The notes beneath the pieces are model-generated. The model made no database searches, was not told where the DNA came from, and worked only from the letters and a program-made list of their open reading frames with translations. Made by a program: the position numbers and the translations under genes. This document shows positions 37,501-51,469 of a stretch of 64,000 nucleotides of DNA, piece after piece (within the stretch, counting starts at the first letter, position 1; each line of letters opens with the position of its first letter). Origin of the DNA: Tubiluchus corallicola (lineage: Eukaryota > Animalia > Priapulida); contig JAQGDQ010000021.1 in assembly GCA_030141605.1 (NCBI GenBank), forward strand, positions 868,001-932,000, read 5' to 3'.

Positions 37501-39559
37501 GTGGTGATCACAATTTCAATGTCGCATAGTAAATATCTTATCACCTACAAACCGCAGCAGCTATGCACTGGGTAACGTATTCACTACAAGTGGCCGTAAC
37601 AAACCTTGAATGTCAATCATATGTATGCAAAAATCAATATGTTGTCGGATATCATTAGTACCAATTGTGTCATATCATTCAAGGTGGGTTAATATTTTTA
37701 CAATTTTCAATTAGAAAATAACTTTTGCTATTGAAAAACATTAAATTGCGAGCTCAAATCTGCAGCCATTTTTCGATGTGCGTCACTGCACATTGCACAT
37801 TGCACACTGAAGTCAAATTTGGTTAATGCTTCGCCAGCACAAGTCATTTCGGATCGGCACATTAAGGAGAATCTACACTAACGAACATTTCGATCGCCCA
37901 AACTTCGAACGTGACATAAATAACGGTAATAATTTGGAGAGAATTTGAAAAATAACCTAGTTAAATTCAGACCAAATTACGTTGCCACTTGACAGTGAAT
38001 AATCAAAATTTTCTACTACCATCACGTACCACATTTACAGGAGGTACAGCAAACGACATTACTTTAATTCTAGAATGTTACAGAAATCTCTGGGATAAGC
38101 AGAATTTCTCGTTTTCTATATATTGTGACAGGTAGGCAGGCGGAATAAATAAATTCATGACTGATATTAGAACTCGCATGACTGGACTTTATGTAGACAC
38201 AGTTTGCGGGTGACAAAAATCTTCTTCAGTGAACAAATTACAGTTACCTTAATAAGTAAATGATTACTTTACATGCTCAGCGTGTAGATTCTGGACGTTT
38301 AAAGGAAACGACAAGTCACTTGGCTTGTTGGCTTTTGTTGGGAGCTAGTAGATTTTTATGGTGGGGGTGCAACTCTTTACCTCCCAACTCATCCACAAAT
38401 CTGACTACCCTGTCGCGTCATCTTTTATTCACAATAAAAGGGTTGTGCAACATACGTGGGCGGTTGTTGTCCTACAATTTTCCAGAGGGCAACAAGGCAT
38501 ATGAACCAAAATTCAACGACACAGGTATAATTAATATGTCTTTAGAGAGGTTGCAATGTCGAAGGGCTCACTTGAAAAACCAGCGGGTCTAAGGCTTGAT
38601 GTTACGTTTTACGGGGGTCTACTTAGGCGTTATGGTTTTCCATGTTGACTATGACATACATAGATTCCAAACATACCAACAACAAAATCTTATATGAAAT
38701 GGAGGAAAAGATTATGATTATGTTTACTATTTTTATTCACTTTTTACTCTGTTTAGATAAATTAGAACAGGTTAAATTATCAATAACAGTTTCGCATAAA
38801 AGCATAATAACAAAAATGACAAAGTGAAAAGAAAACAAAATGTCTACTTATCAGTTAACCCTTCCCCTGAGAGGACAAGGACATGGGAGAGGAGTCCGCG
38901 GACGTAGCTCACTCCAGTCAGTCACAGCAACACATCAACGACTTCAAGTCTATGGCCATAACAATCAACGGTGATGACGCCGGCTACAGCACCAATCAAA
39001 CATGAACTAAGGAATGGCTCACAAGTCTCTGTGGTTGACTCAGGATACGTCCACAATCCACAACGTCTGGACACTGGTGGCTAGTCACGCATTTCCATGT
39101 AGTTTAGAATAAGACACATCGTAGAGAGTTCCAACATCTCATCAGTGTGAATAAAGCTCCATCCACAACATCAAAACTGAAGTAGTTTGGTATCACCACT
39201 GATAGTCTCTTTATGTTAGATCAGTCAAATAGTAGATGTGCACAAGTTTAGTGCTTCAAAGACTCTTATAATCAAGTTTAGGATTTTAACCATTTTCGTA
39301 AAGTAAAGTTAAAGTTAAGAGTTAAAGCATTTTTGGCTGCTTTTAGATTCAGCAGTTACACTGTACTCTCCTGGATATCTGTGTCATGCACTTTCCAAGA
39401 TCATGTTATGCATGGATAGGTTATAGTATATTACGAAAGGAGGGGTGATAGGTAGGAAGCCCTTCCCACAGACTATACTACAGCAATATCTAGTTTAGCT
39501 ATGTGTAAGAACCTTACAGCTTTATTTTACCTTTATCATTTAAACTTAGAAAAACATAA

Positions 39560-40046
39560 CAATGAAATATTAAAAAAAAACGTATATCAAGCACGACGTT
39601 AATTATACTATCGCTGTATAGAAATTTCTGGTGCGGTGGTAGCTGTCATTCACTTGAAAATCATGACATAACTGGTGGACTTCTTTACTTTTCATAAGCG
39701 TATCGTGGCTTTCCGTAAGCGCGTGCTGCTTAAATTAATCCAAACTTCTGCAGCTTACTTAATGTTCATGCAAAAATACATCAAAATTATCTATCTATTT
39801 TTTTGTAAAAAATATAATGCTTATACGGAAATTGATGGTGCGTTGCTTTTTCCAGCCGATGAAAGACGAAATTGGCTCAAGATTGGCCGTTCAAAAATGA
39901 GCACCCACGCATGACATGATTCGGAGTTTAAAGTGATTTAACTAATTACATGACGTGCTTATCAAATTTATTACTAAACCCTTCTAACAGTTTTCGCGAA
40001 CATTGAAACAAGACTAAACGTCCCAGAAGGCGTGCCTTTCCTTTAA
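39560..40046 (+). mobile_element. MITE family A copy
   Basis: Colinear with 10030-10462; ends CCCAGAAGGCGTGCCTTTCCTTTAA. Left boundary approximate. Confidence 0.7.
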
Positions 40047-40328
40047 ATTGAAACAAGTCTATACGTGTGTAGTCCTACAAAGATGCAGTTACTCCAACAG
40101 AATCCAAATATCTCACCTTAAAGCGAAGTGCATGCTGCAGGGTTCAAGACCCAAGCAAAAGAATTTTTTACCATTTCTAATTTCATTGTTGTGTGAGTGA
40201 AAGGCAAGGGAAAGTCAAGGGAAAGTCAAGGGAAAGTCAAGTTACTTATTACTAAGGTGCCTTGGAACACCTACGTCTAAAGTTCTCCTTGAGAATGGAC
40301 ATTCACTCAAAGAAAAGTATTCACCTAC

Positions 40329-40501
40329 CTATAACTTGTTTGTTTTCGTATCGTAAAGTGGGCATATCTGTCAGGTAATTGCAGGTCCTGGAATGCGCAT
40401 GCGCCAGTACTAGAGCACTGAGAACTGTCTTCCGTAAACGTACTTTCATCCTCGTCCGACGACCCGATGGTCTTCGGTGGTTTCAGGTACTGTCCATACA
40501 T
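40329..40501 (-). CDS. DGKI: First coding exon (exon 40329-40510) of a probable type IV diacylglycerol kinase (DGK iota/zeta, rdgA-like); remainder presumably left of the window
   Basis: Acceptor CTTTTCACAG| at 40511 and donor TATAG|GTAGGT at 40328. Only one frame is open, ATG at 40501. It ends LPDRYAHFTIRKQTSYR versus human DGKI LEEKLRNLTFRKQVSYR(KAIS), recalled from memory. Confidence 0.6.
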
Positions 40502-40662
40502 TAATGACACCTGTGAAAAGTTTATAAACTGTTTTCAATGTGAAAATGTGGATGATGCTTTACTGCAAGTACTGTAGCACATTGGTCTGGCCAATTCGCT
40601 ATAAGAAGTTGTATGCTACATTAATAAGTTACTACGCTATTTCTTATATTTTTCTACAGACT

Positions 40663-41160
40663 TTAAAGCACAAAAAAAACTTTTACTCACACAAACCCAA
40701 AAAAATTTGCTATGTTTGTCCTACATACTGTCTTAATACACACAGATTTTTGTATTAGCACTAACGCTGTATAAAACTTGTATATTTAAAGTCCCGCGAC
40801 GACCATTACTATTTTAACGGTAAGTCGTATGAAACAAATTTAAATAACATTGCATAAAGTTTGAAAACATAATCAGAACATTCATAGCGTACACTTCGCT
40901 AACTAAGCAAAAGTATAAATTACTGTATCTTGTCAACAAGATTAAAAATAAGCTTTTGGGTGAGTCAGTGATGCACACTGGGAAGGTGAGCCAGTGACAT
41001 TTTACCAATTGATGCGAACATTTGAAATTACTAAGAATTTTCTTTTCTAGTTACATAAGCGTTTCAATAAGGCAAGCGTAATGCAAAGTAATATAACTTT
41101 AACCTTTGCGTGGAAGGTTTTTTGGGACATATTTCAAAATTACCTTCTCTTGCGTTTTAA
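40663..41160 (-). mobile_element. MITE family C, full-length copy
   Basis: TTAA-AGCACAAAAAAAAC...TGAGTCAGTG...CACTGGGAAGGTGAG...CCTTCTCTTGCGTT-TTAA; reverse complement of family C. Confidence 0.75.
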
Positions 41161-41235
41161 ACGACCATACTGACGGCTTGAAATGGTAAGTAGAGTGAAA
41201 ATACAAACCAGAACACTAGTGATTTTTAAGCATAC

Positions 41236-41320
41236 CTTTTACTTCCTATCTTTGTTGCCTTCATCTAAATGAGCGCATACTCTTCCCTGTCGATGCTGAG
41301 AATTCGATGTGACCACATAT
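41236..41320 (-). other. Putative 85-nt 5'-UTR exon upstream of the DGK-like exon
   Basis: Acceptor CCTTCGTTTCTTACAG| and donor AAAG|GTATGC; all three frames contain stops. Confidence 0.45.
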
Positions 41321-42202
41321 CTGTAAGAAACGAAGGAAGCAATTAACAAGTCAATTTTTCACTTATTATGTAAGTAGAGAACATAAATGAGTCGAGGTTG
41401 AATAATAAATTACTCTGATTTTACATGCACTCTTATGCTAAGTTGTTTTCACGAAACAGTGCTTAGACGCCTATTTTGCAAGTACTCCTGCCGCGTTGTT
41501 GCTTATATAATTAAGTGGCTGAATAAATGTGTTTCGTCACGGAGAAGCATTTCATTAAAGAGCACATTGCACACAGTCAGCTTTCAGCTAACTCCCCGAG
41601 CAATTATTAATAAAATGGACAACGTCAGTAATACATGTAATGCATCATATACACGCTGTCATATACAATTGATATGTGATTATTAGCGAGAGACATAATG
41701 TTGATGCCCTCACCTGCACTTGACAGGTAGAAATACTGGAACAGTGCAGCAAGTGCAACACTGCACGCGCACAACGAGACATTTTATTATAGTCCACAAT
41801 GGTTGAGAAATATTGATTTGCATAACCCACAATGTTCTCATTTGAACAACTTATTTATTTTTTCCTGGAGCTGAAAAGTAACCGGATTTCTTTTGTTACA
41901 ATTCTGTCTGCATACCCTCTATGTCTGTAGGCAAAACAGGCATTCAACATTCCTAACAAACGACACTAAAATGCGGCAATAAGCGTAACTGGCAGTTGGG
42001 AATTCGATGACCACAAGCAATGATCTTGTCTACATAATTTAACTGATCTAATCTCTTGCTGCAAAAACAGCCGTTTCGTTCGTTCAGTTGTAGGCGCAAG
42101 CAGTCAGTGGCGGCAAGTGTCACACTAACAGATATCGCAAATTTCAAGTCCTGAAAAGCATTTCTGTTTTCATAAAAAGCGGAACAGGTGTTTGTTCTAA
42201 TA

Positions 42203-42209
42203 CGCACGC

Positions 42210-42301
<92 letters not shown>

Positions 42302-42352
42302 ACGCACACGCACACGCACACACACACGCACACACACACACATATATATATA
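42203..42352. repeat. (CA)n / (CACGCA)n / (TA)n compound microsatellite
   Basis: Direct inspection. Confidence 0.97.
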
Positions 42353-43539
42353 CGTGAAAATACGTATTTTAAAATAAAAGATTCATGATCATCATCATCG
42401 TCACAGGATCTAATGGATACGAATAATGTACTTTGGAGCACCAAGTTCTTTAGAACAAAGAAATCTGACCGAAACAAAATATAAGTAAATGTGATCAAAA
42501 CATGAAATGCTATGTCATATGGTTTCAACTTTTGACCTACGTACTTTCAAAACAGTGAAATACAATGGAAACTTCACTAAAGTGTTTTTCGTTATTTTTA
42601 ACTCGAGCGAAAGTGTATGGCATTTTGTAAACAACTGAATATTATTACATTATTCTTTTATAACAAAAATTATTGTCATTAACAATTACTTATTATTAAA
42701 TTAGTAATATTTATTCATAATTATATCATTAATTAACCGGCCAGGCACCCGGTTTGTTATGAGCCAAATAGATCAAAGCGTAAACGCCTTTGAGTTGATC
42801 ACACACGTTCATCATATCAAAGTGCACGTAACTTAATTAATAACCTAGTTGCACAGCTAATAAAATTTGTTACTTTCATGTAAATCTTAATTAATGTGAC
42901 TTTCGGGAAATTAACCTGTAATGTTAATTAAATTTTCAATGACACGCGCAAGTAATTCTTAAATTAGTATTATGTCATAATTAAATAACCCAAAATAGCA
43001 CGAGTTCGTTTAACTCTTCAAGGTGCAAACAGGAACAATGCTGTTTAACATTTAAGGAATAACTTAACTAACACAAGTTATATAATATTCACTCTGGGTG
43101 TCTTTAATGCAGGTCTTGTTCAGAGCTTATTCAAGATCAGCCAAGCGGTCGAGAGCTCCTCAACTTAGTAAAATTAGAAAGCTGTGAGTTTTGCATGGAG
43201 ATTAATGCAAAAATATATTTGCAGTTTTTACACTAAATCTCTGTACAGCCACCGCATCATGCTAGAATATCATTATTATAATATATTTGAAGTAATATAT
43301 TAGGTCCAGATACAGATATACTCGAAACTTATTTTAAGTAAAATGCGTTTTCTGCGTTGACACGGCTATAAAATAACAATGTATGTGAAAAAACAGCCAC
43401 CATGCCTCATCATAGCTCATAAGGGTTCATCATACGTTACCCATTGCTGTTATCTGATGCCCTGACAATGAATCACAATTATTCATTTAGCTGTCAGTGT
43501 TGTTTATCGCTTTATTACATTATAAAATCTTGTTATACG

Positions 43540-43679
43540 CGAATGTTCAAGGCCGATTAACCTAAAAATTCATAGGCGTTTGAACCACGCTCGTCAAGTT
43601 TGCCAAGTTACTTCTTATACTAAAGTTATCAACTTCTTATATTACTTCACAACCAAGAAAAACTGGCGACAGACAGACG

Positions 43680-43734
<55 letters not shown>

Positions 43735-43770
43735 AGACAGAATTATCGAGACAGAATCTCGATAATTCTA
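43540..43770. repeat. (GACA/GACG)n microsatellite, possibly within a DINE-1/Helentron-type element
   Basis: GACAGACGGACGGACAGAC array at 43667-43740; (GTCY)n arrays are known from DINE-1/HINE elements. Element ends not resolved. Confidence 0.5.
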
Positions 43771-46700
43771 TAGTTGGCAACTAAGGTTGCAACGAAGCAA
43801 GTCTCATAGTTTGGTACACTGGACGGTAAGTTTCAAACAGCTGGCACGCTTTCTCAAAAATAGCCAATCGGCTAAACAGCCTATTATCTAATAGCCGATA
43901 CTTACTAATCACTGAGAATAATCGCACACTGATTTTCTTTGCAAGCGATGCCGCATGCACACGTGACGCGTTTTTATCGGCTGCTCTATGTAATCCATTT
44001 AATCGCTTATCATATCGATTTGTCAGAAAATGTGATTTGAGCTAATATACTCTGAGCAAGCATTGCTGCTCTGTCATGAATAGGGTGAAATCACTGTAAC
44101 GCCGTTCTGCTGAAAAAAGACAAGGATATATACTGTACTTCTTCACCTACAGCTAATATACAGGTTTACTCCTGTAACAATTGACTATATAGTTCAGCAA
44201 ATAAATTATGCAGTCTTAATTGCAACAATGTTTTGTTTACGGTAGAAATGCTCTCTGAGTTTTATGATCCGGGCGATACGTGTTTAAAAACTTGCATTCA
44301 AGTGGCTATACTTTTTCTTTCGCATCTCGTTTTCACCCGTTGTATGATTATCTAACAAATGCAGTACGATCAACAAAATACGTGAAAAAGTACGTGATAC
44401 GTGACAAAATACTGACAAGTTGAAACACTTTTCATAGCTTTTGTTAGCCGATTAATAGAGAGTTCAGTTTGATGGCTGTACACCATTACTGACTCTCTTT
44501 CTCCAGTAAATGCAGCTGCTTCCATGACTCTACAAGCCATAAACGAAATGAAGACAAACAATACTACAAGAGTGCTGAGATCTCAAGAGAATTATCACCC
44601 ACTCAATTAAAAGAGATCCTGCTTGCATTTACTATTGCACATTGGGCAAACAGAGACAGAACAAGAAGTCATTCGTGCATTTGATGAACGAAGCCTAGTG
44701 TCACGGTAGCGTGTCCTGGTGGGTGGTTGTTTATCAGGAGGTAAGCAACAATAGGAAACCGCGAGGGTTGGAAATGTAGGCAGACAAAAACAGGTCTTAC
44801 TGTTTAATTAAGAAGTGCTAACAGTGCAGTTCCTAATCTATACTGCAAATAGAGTAGGTGCATTAGTAAAAGTAGCACTATGTGAATGGCTGCACGTCTT
44901 TGAAGCACTTCAGTGGTTGAAAACGTGACACTAGCTATCCCATTGCCCCGCAGTTTCCTCATCCAGTGACAAGTGAAGAGCAGGTTGCAGCACGCCACTT
45001 TTAGCTACTGTGAAGTTTATTATAGATTTCGCCTAGTTCAGTAAAAACACAGTTTCCTATTCTCAGTTTACTCATCACTACAATTTCTACGAAGTTTACA
45101 CTCACTGGCAGTCGAAGTTTGACCAACAGTCAAGCATGGAAGCAAAACCACTAAACACAGCCTTATTTTTGTCAGCTTCTACTTCTGATCCAGGCTTTAG
45201 AACGCCAATTAGTGCTAAAATGTACAGGAATTAACATACTCCTATTGCCCATAATTTATTAAAACAATTTTTGTAAAGGCAAAAAACGCCAAATGATATT
45301 ACATGCAGCCGATGTAGGATAGCCTGGATAGCAGTAAAAGTAGTTTTTATTGCCTATTTTTTAAAACATAACGTATTAACAATAGTGGGGTAACAGAATT
45401 AGTCCATAGGGGATTATTCACACAAAATTACAATACACGATATACAAACATAGCTTCACTATTAAACATTACACAGTTACGGATACAGTTTCTAGATTTT
45501 TGTACTCTTCAATTGTTTTACTGCTGTACAGTCTACGTATTGCTCTTGAAAGCTATCCGGCCGCAATTAAGATACTACAGTACCAGCGAGCATCAGCAAC
45601 TTGCTCATCATTAGTTCTCGTTCTGCTGCAACAAGCATTTTTTCAATAGGGCTACTCCTTAATAAAAGTTTAAAACCATTACGTTAATTTAATAAACGGG
45701 CACTTACTGTGATTAAAAATAAATACAATACTCACAAGTTCTTATGCTAGACATTGCGATCGTTCAATATTATCATACACAGTAAGCACACAGTGAACGA
45801 GGGTCATTAGTTGTTTCTGCACGCGTAGCTAAATGGCCTAGGGCACGTTGTCTTTTATCCGACCTAAGGAATGCTTGACTGGTACTTAACTACTAGAGAG
45901 TTTCGTACAACAATGATGCAGTGCTATATGTCCATTCACTGTTGAACTGTGGTTTATTTTTTTTGTTTGGCATGTTTATAAGCATTTAAAAACAACAGTA
46001 CATTAACAGAATTCTTATTGGCTAGTGCGCAATGTCAGCAGAATTCTCATAAGCAACTTGTACAAGTACGGGTGCTTGAGCACAGTACTTACAAAAAAGA
46101 GCTTCTTATACCTTTTTATCTCTGCTAATACCTTTTATCTCAAACACCTTTTTATCTCTGCTAATTTAATAAGCCAATAGGAAGTTCTGTCATTGGGTCT
46201 AAGTCAAGAACTGCTCCCAATAAAAACTGCGACCACAAATGGTTATAAAATTATCATTCGGAATACGATTGGCACAATATAGAACTACTGATACATGTTG
46301 CTCAGTTAAAGAAGACTACATTTACATTAGACTTATAACATGTATTGGTGTTATAAGCTCGCATGTGCTGAAAGGTTTCATTAATGTACACCAATATTCA
46401 TATTGTAAAAGGAAACGTCCTGCATGTGTTCATATATAGCTACAGTATTACAGAAACAATGTTAAGCCTATTACAAATAATAACTTCTCGCTAGCCTAGA
46501 AGTCGTGCTTCACGCATCACACCAATTTTATATTTAATGAAAAAGCCATGTTCGTTTTGCGGAGATATGAATGATATAAATTTCTTTCGCATTCTTAAGC
46601 AAGGCATATTATGCGCGTATATTATATGTAGCAACGTAAACATTTTAGGTGTATATTTGAAGTACAAGCAGTGATGTTCGAAGGTTAGGTTTTCCTTTAA

Positions 46701-47159
46701 AACAAAACACGCACACTAGCGTGCATTACGAAGAAAAACCCACGTCAGCGCCACATAATTGTGGTACAACAGGCAGCAGCAGATGCGTGTAAACTGCGTG
46801 TACTTGCAGCAACATGAATGAATTATGGTTAGCGACAGAAGCCAGCAAGTGTTGTTACAATTGAATGCATATACTACCTTTGCACGGGAATAATGGCTTC
46901 CAATGAACTCTTTATGATGTACGATTAAGCGCAGTTCTAGGTGTTAAATTTATCTATTCTCTCTCAAACAATATATTAAATATTACGCCCTAAATATGTG
47001 CGCTTAGCCACCTATTCAATACTCAGGTAGACTCTCATTATTTTAACTAGATTAAAGTAGAACTGTTTAGTCGCTGTGGAACACTTGTAATTTTAAAAAA
47101 TACTTAGAAGTGTTTATGCGCATAGAGTGTTTATGTGTGTCTAAAAATTGTCTTAAGCG

Positions 47160-47173
47160 CCAACAGAGGGCGC
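47160..47173 (+). promoter_or_regulatory. CTCF-binding motif
   Basis: CCAACAGAGGGCGC, one mismatch from CCASYAGRKGGCRS. Confidence 0.45.
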
Positions 47174-47453
47174 ATTTTGAAAATCAGAAAGTAGTTTGAT
47201 TTCATATTAAAGCGATATTTGAAAAAAGTGTCACATTCTGTTGCTTTTCCTTTGTCAAACCAGGTATGACATCGATGAATGACGTGCGGGCTTTATATTT
47301 TTCGCGTTCAAAACCCGAATTTAAAATTACAGTGCAGTTTATTCCGATTGGTTGCGCCCTCGTCACCCGTCCTGCAAAAATTATATCCCGAAGTGGCAGT
47401 TCTCTACCCCCTCCCACCTCTCTTTTGTCGTATCGCCACAATGCGCTTCGATC

Positions 47454-47557
47454 CAGGGCCTATTTCAAGGGGGGAAGTGGGGATACTTCCCCGGGGCCTC
47501 ACCCTCCAGGGGGGCCTCGCGCCAAGGTAACTTTTTTTGCTTTATGCGAACATACTG

Positions 47558-47625
<68 letters not shown>

Positions 47626-47710
47626 CCGCACGCGCGCCGTTACCCCCCCCCCCCCCGATGGTACCTCACACGCCCCACTTCCCCGGGCCTCGCGTAGGCT
47701 GAAATAGGCC
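47454..47710. mobile_element. hAT-like MITE containing (CT)n
   Basis: CAGGGCCTATTTCA...TGAAATAGGCC with the 8-bp direct repeat CTTCGATC at 47446-47453 and 47711-47718; the right TIR lacks its last 3 nt. Confidence 0.8.
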
Positions 47711-48349
47711 CTTCGATCTATTATTTCAATCTATACACGTCAATTTAACACAGATCACGTTATTCAATTCAGCTGGTATAAGCATCACATGTTATACAAC
47801 TTTAGTAGGAATACCCAGAATGACATTAAATTATAGATAGAATCCGTGGGGAACGTCGCCTGCCTACATACGATAACAACCATTATTGGATAACACTTAT
47901 TATATAACAGCGCAAACGATCACTTAAGGACTGAAAACCAACGTTGACACTTCGGGGAATAGAAGAAGTGTATGGTTTGCACTGAGATGAAACAGGTAGA
48001 TGATGAGTTAACACCTACAGGAAAGCACAAAATGCAGATGGCAGACACGACACACCATGGTGCACGTATACAACGAAAAGGGCAGGTGTAGCTTCAGTTT
48101 TCAATTTTCGACTTGTGACTTCAGGAAAGTAGATAGTATAGCACAGATTTTTGTTACTGTCGTCAAAACTCGGTGAGCTCGGTAGCTCGGTGAGGCTATC
48201 TTATCAATGCAACTCAGTCCGACGCACTGCTTGGCTGATTTGCAAAAGAAGAGAAGACATTTGCAAGAGGGATAGGTTTGTCATGCCCAGCCCTTGTGAA
48301 GCGAACGGATTGACACTGGTGGAAACTATAATCCAAAAAATGCAATAAT

Positions 48350-48677
48350 TATAGACTAAACTAAAATCCTGAAAATGTGATTCTATAAAGTCGTGAAAAC
48401 TTGTAAATTTAAACTACTGCGATGACCGTTAGTTTCGATAACATCGCGTATAGTTTAAAAAATAACCAGAACATGCACAACACACACTTCATTAACTAAG
48501 CAAAATATAAATTTCTTATCTTATCATAAAACAAAAAATAGGTTATTGGTGAGTCAGTAGTGCACACTGGGACGGCGAGCGCAGTGACATTTTACCAGTT
48601 GGTATAACTTTGCATGGAAAGTTTTTGGGACATACCTTAAAATGCCTACTTTAAAATTGCCTTCTCTTCCCCTTTAG
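48350..48677 (-). mobile_element. MITE family C, partial copy
   Basis: GGTGAGTCAGT...CACACTGGGA...TTTTTGGGACATA...CCTTCTCTTCCCCTTTAG; similar to 40800-41160. Confidence 0.65.
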
Positions 48678-48844
48678 CGCGAATCCTGACCGGCAGTCAA
48701 TAACAGAACATAAACTCAGCATCAAGATGATATCCACTGAACCACCGAAAATGTCTTCGCTGCACTCAGATGCAAATAAATTGCTCCCTCATAGAGGTGC
48801 AACTAAATAGCCAGAATCAAGATAGCGAATGAAACTTCTCAAAC

Positions 48845-48940
48845 CCCGTGGGCCACCCATCATTCAATTACCAACCTTGACGCTGCTTAACTTCTATCGC
48901 AAAGCACACACACCGTTATCACTCGGTATTCCCTCGGACA
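48845..48940 (-). mobile_element. 5S rRNA-related SINE head (degenerate)
   Basis: Minus strand GAAGTTAAGCAGCGTC..GGTTGGTAATTG..GATGGGTGGCC resembles the 5S internal control region (box A, IE, box C); no intact 5S termini. Confidence 0.55.
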
Positions 48941-49482
48941 AAGTTGACAGTCACAGGCGCTGGAGCTCACTGTGCAATTGTTAAATTTTAGTAAAATCGT
49001 GCGGCGTTCTTGGCTACTTACAAATTGCGCCATTTGAAATAAAGGGATCTGAGATTATAGTAATTGAGAACAGTTCTGCAAGGCTCTTTGTGGGAGCTTT
49101 CCTGTGCAACTGTGATTAATCAATGATCAAGTCTTAGCGTTCAACAAGATGAGCAAAGGATAGCAATATAAAGGGAATAGTTCCATTTATGTGATCGGGG
49201 GATGGGCTTGATTGAACAAATGAGCATCGTGTACAATAAAAAAAACTATACAGTTCGCATTTAACTGTGGCACTACAAGATCAGAAATTTGAAGAATTTC
49301 AATGAGCTGACTGCAGTTGCATCCATTACGACTTGCTCACACTGCAAATAATTTTACCAGACCTTTAGACCCGCCGGAATAAAATACCACAAATGTTGGA
49401 ATTTATTTCAGCAAAAACTTTTATTCCTCAGCATTTTCATACCTTCTGCCTTTTTCAGAGAATTTATTAAATAGACTACACC

Positions 49483-49690
49483 AAATGTAAGTGAATTAAA
49501 GTGAGATATAAACGCGTATAAGTGAATAAAAGTGTTATACAAATGTGTACAAGTGAATAAAAGTGTTATACAAATGTGTACAAGTGAATAAAAGTGTTAT
49601 ACAAATGTGTGCAAGTGAATTAAAGTGAGATACAAATGTGTATAAGTGAATTAAAGTGAGATACAAATGTGTATAAGTGGAATAGTAAGA
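49483..49690. repeat. 31-bp minisatellite, ~6.5 copies
   Basis: Unit AGTGAAT(A/T)AAAGTG(TT/AG)ATACAAATGTGTA(C/T)A, e.g. at 49521 and 49552. Confidence 0.9.
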
Positions 49691-51469
49691 TACATATAAG
49701 ATATATGTTAATTGTCTTCTCAGCGGCATTATTGCAATTTATTTCGTAACTTGTAAAGCTTTACAAGTATTTAAATTACTTGTACATTTGCGCAAATATA
49801 CTTATAAGCTGTTTTGAAATTATCCTACAACACGAGTATATACATGACAAACCCTGCAGCTACCGAACATCGTCTTCTAAAAAACGGAGTATTCTATAAA
49901 AAAGAGGCAATCGGTGTTCAAGAACCTTTTGCTTTAATCCGCGTAATCCTAGATTCTGAGATAATAATGGAGATATACGTTTGCATAAAGGTGTCTTTGA
50001 CAATCAAATGTAAACAGCGTTCAAGTTAACAAAACGAAGAAACCACCTAAAATACGCGACCTTTCATAAATCACTAGAGTAAAATTTCCAACGATTCCAC
50101 ATCAATGAGATGCGTTTCTTTGATGCATACAATATAAATTTTCCGCCTGAAGCTAGAAAATACAAGAAAAGTTCACGCACGTGAGCTTTTTGTACAGATT
50201 AATTACTTAAACTCCTGACTAACCTTTATCACTAGAAACTTTGAGAACTGCAAAGCATGTATACGACACCGACACGCAGTGTACAATAACGGCTTCAGTC
50301 CAAAATAATTGTTTTAGACAACACATAGCATTTCTTGGAAAGAGTTACAAAGCCAATACTTGTTCTCCTGTTATATTACACGGTATAACAAAATATCTGT
50401 AATAGAATAGTTTATAATTTTATAGCCTCGCGACTTCTTTGAAAAGCTTTGGGATCAAATGACAACGCGAGACTTATTACAACAACCTCGTGTCGGCCAT
50501 AAACCAAGCGTTGATAAATTTTTCAAGCGATCACAGCATTATTGCATTGTTTTAAGGATCACTTTAAGAGCACTACCCCGGTATTTGTGGCAAAAATCCA
50601 TTATGTAAATGCACAACGAAGTCAAGAAATCATATTTTAGTACCTACATAGCCCATAAATGGACGCAGCACGTCTTTTATTTTATATAAGCAGTGAGTAA
50701 CGCCCCGGCTGACTATGTATGATAAAAATGTTTTATTTTTTTTCGGCCTTGTACGCATTCTGAAGTTGACCCATGCAACCAGTTTTGTAGATAGTGTTAT
50801 TTTTACTGAAGCAGTTTTTCGCTGTTTGTTAAGCCTGCTCGATCTATTACCGAAGCTGGAGTTGGAAATTGGAACTACAGAATATAGTGAATCACAAAGC
50901 GCTGTGACATACGCTCAGAGATACAGAAATAATTTTTAGCCATCTCAGCAAAAGAAATGGTCCTGCATTTTGACGACTCCATTTAGGTACCACACTAAAA
51001 TTTTGAAAAAGAATGAAGAAAGAAAAGAAACTTATAAAAATCATTTGCCTGCGAAACACATTAACGACTTACAAAACAGCAACAGAAATCTATTTGTTGA
51101 TCTAAGTGTCTCAGTCTGTTTCTTTGGCAACTTAATGCCTCAACGTTCTTATATTTACTATAACATAAATATGATATATTACATTAATATTTCCCTTTTT
51201 ATTTTATATTTTGATACGCCTACAAGCTACAACAGCTACATTATATTCTCGAGTTTCCTTTTAGCTAACAAAGTTAATCAATTAGGTGCACATGCAGGTC
51301 TATTTATTATCATTAAGCGGATTATAACGAGTCCGCAAATGTATATGGCTTTTCTTAATCCACAGCGACTGCAAATGACAAGTAGGTATGGGGAGAAAAG
51401 CAGCTAGAAGCAGACTTTACGAGTGCATTCTAAATTTATGATACATGTAACATGATCAGATTTACATTA

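Noticed and set aside
41953-42528. 191-aa CVCVCV ORF
   Set aside because: (CA)n microsatellite.
47202-47702. Overlapping GC-rich ORFs
   Set aside because: They overlap a hAT-like MITE with a (CT)n tract.
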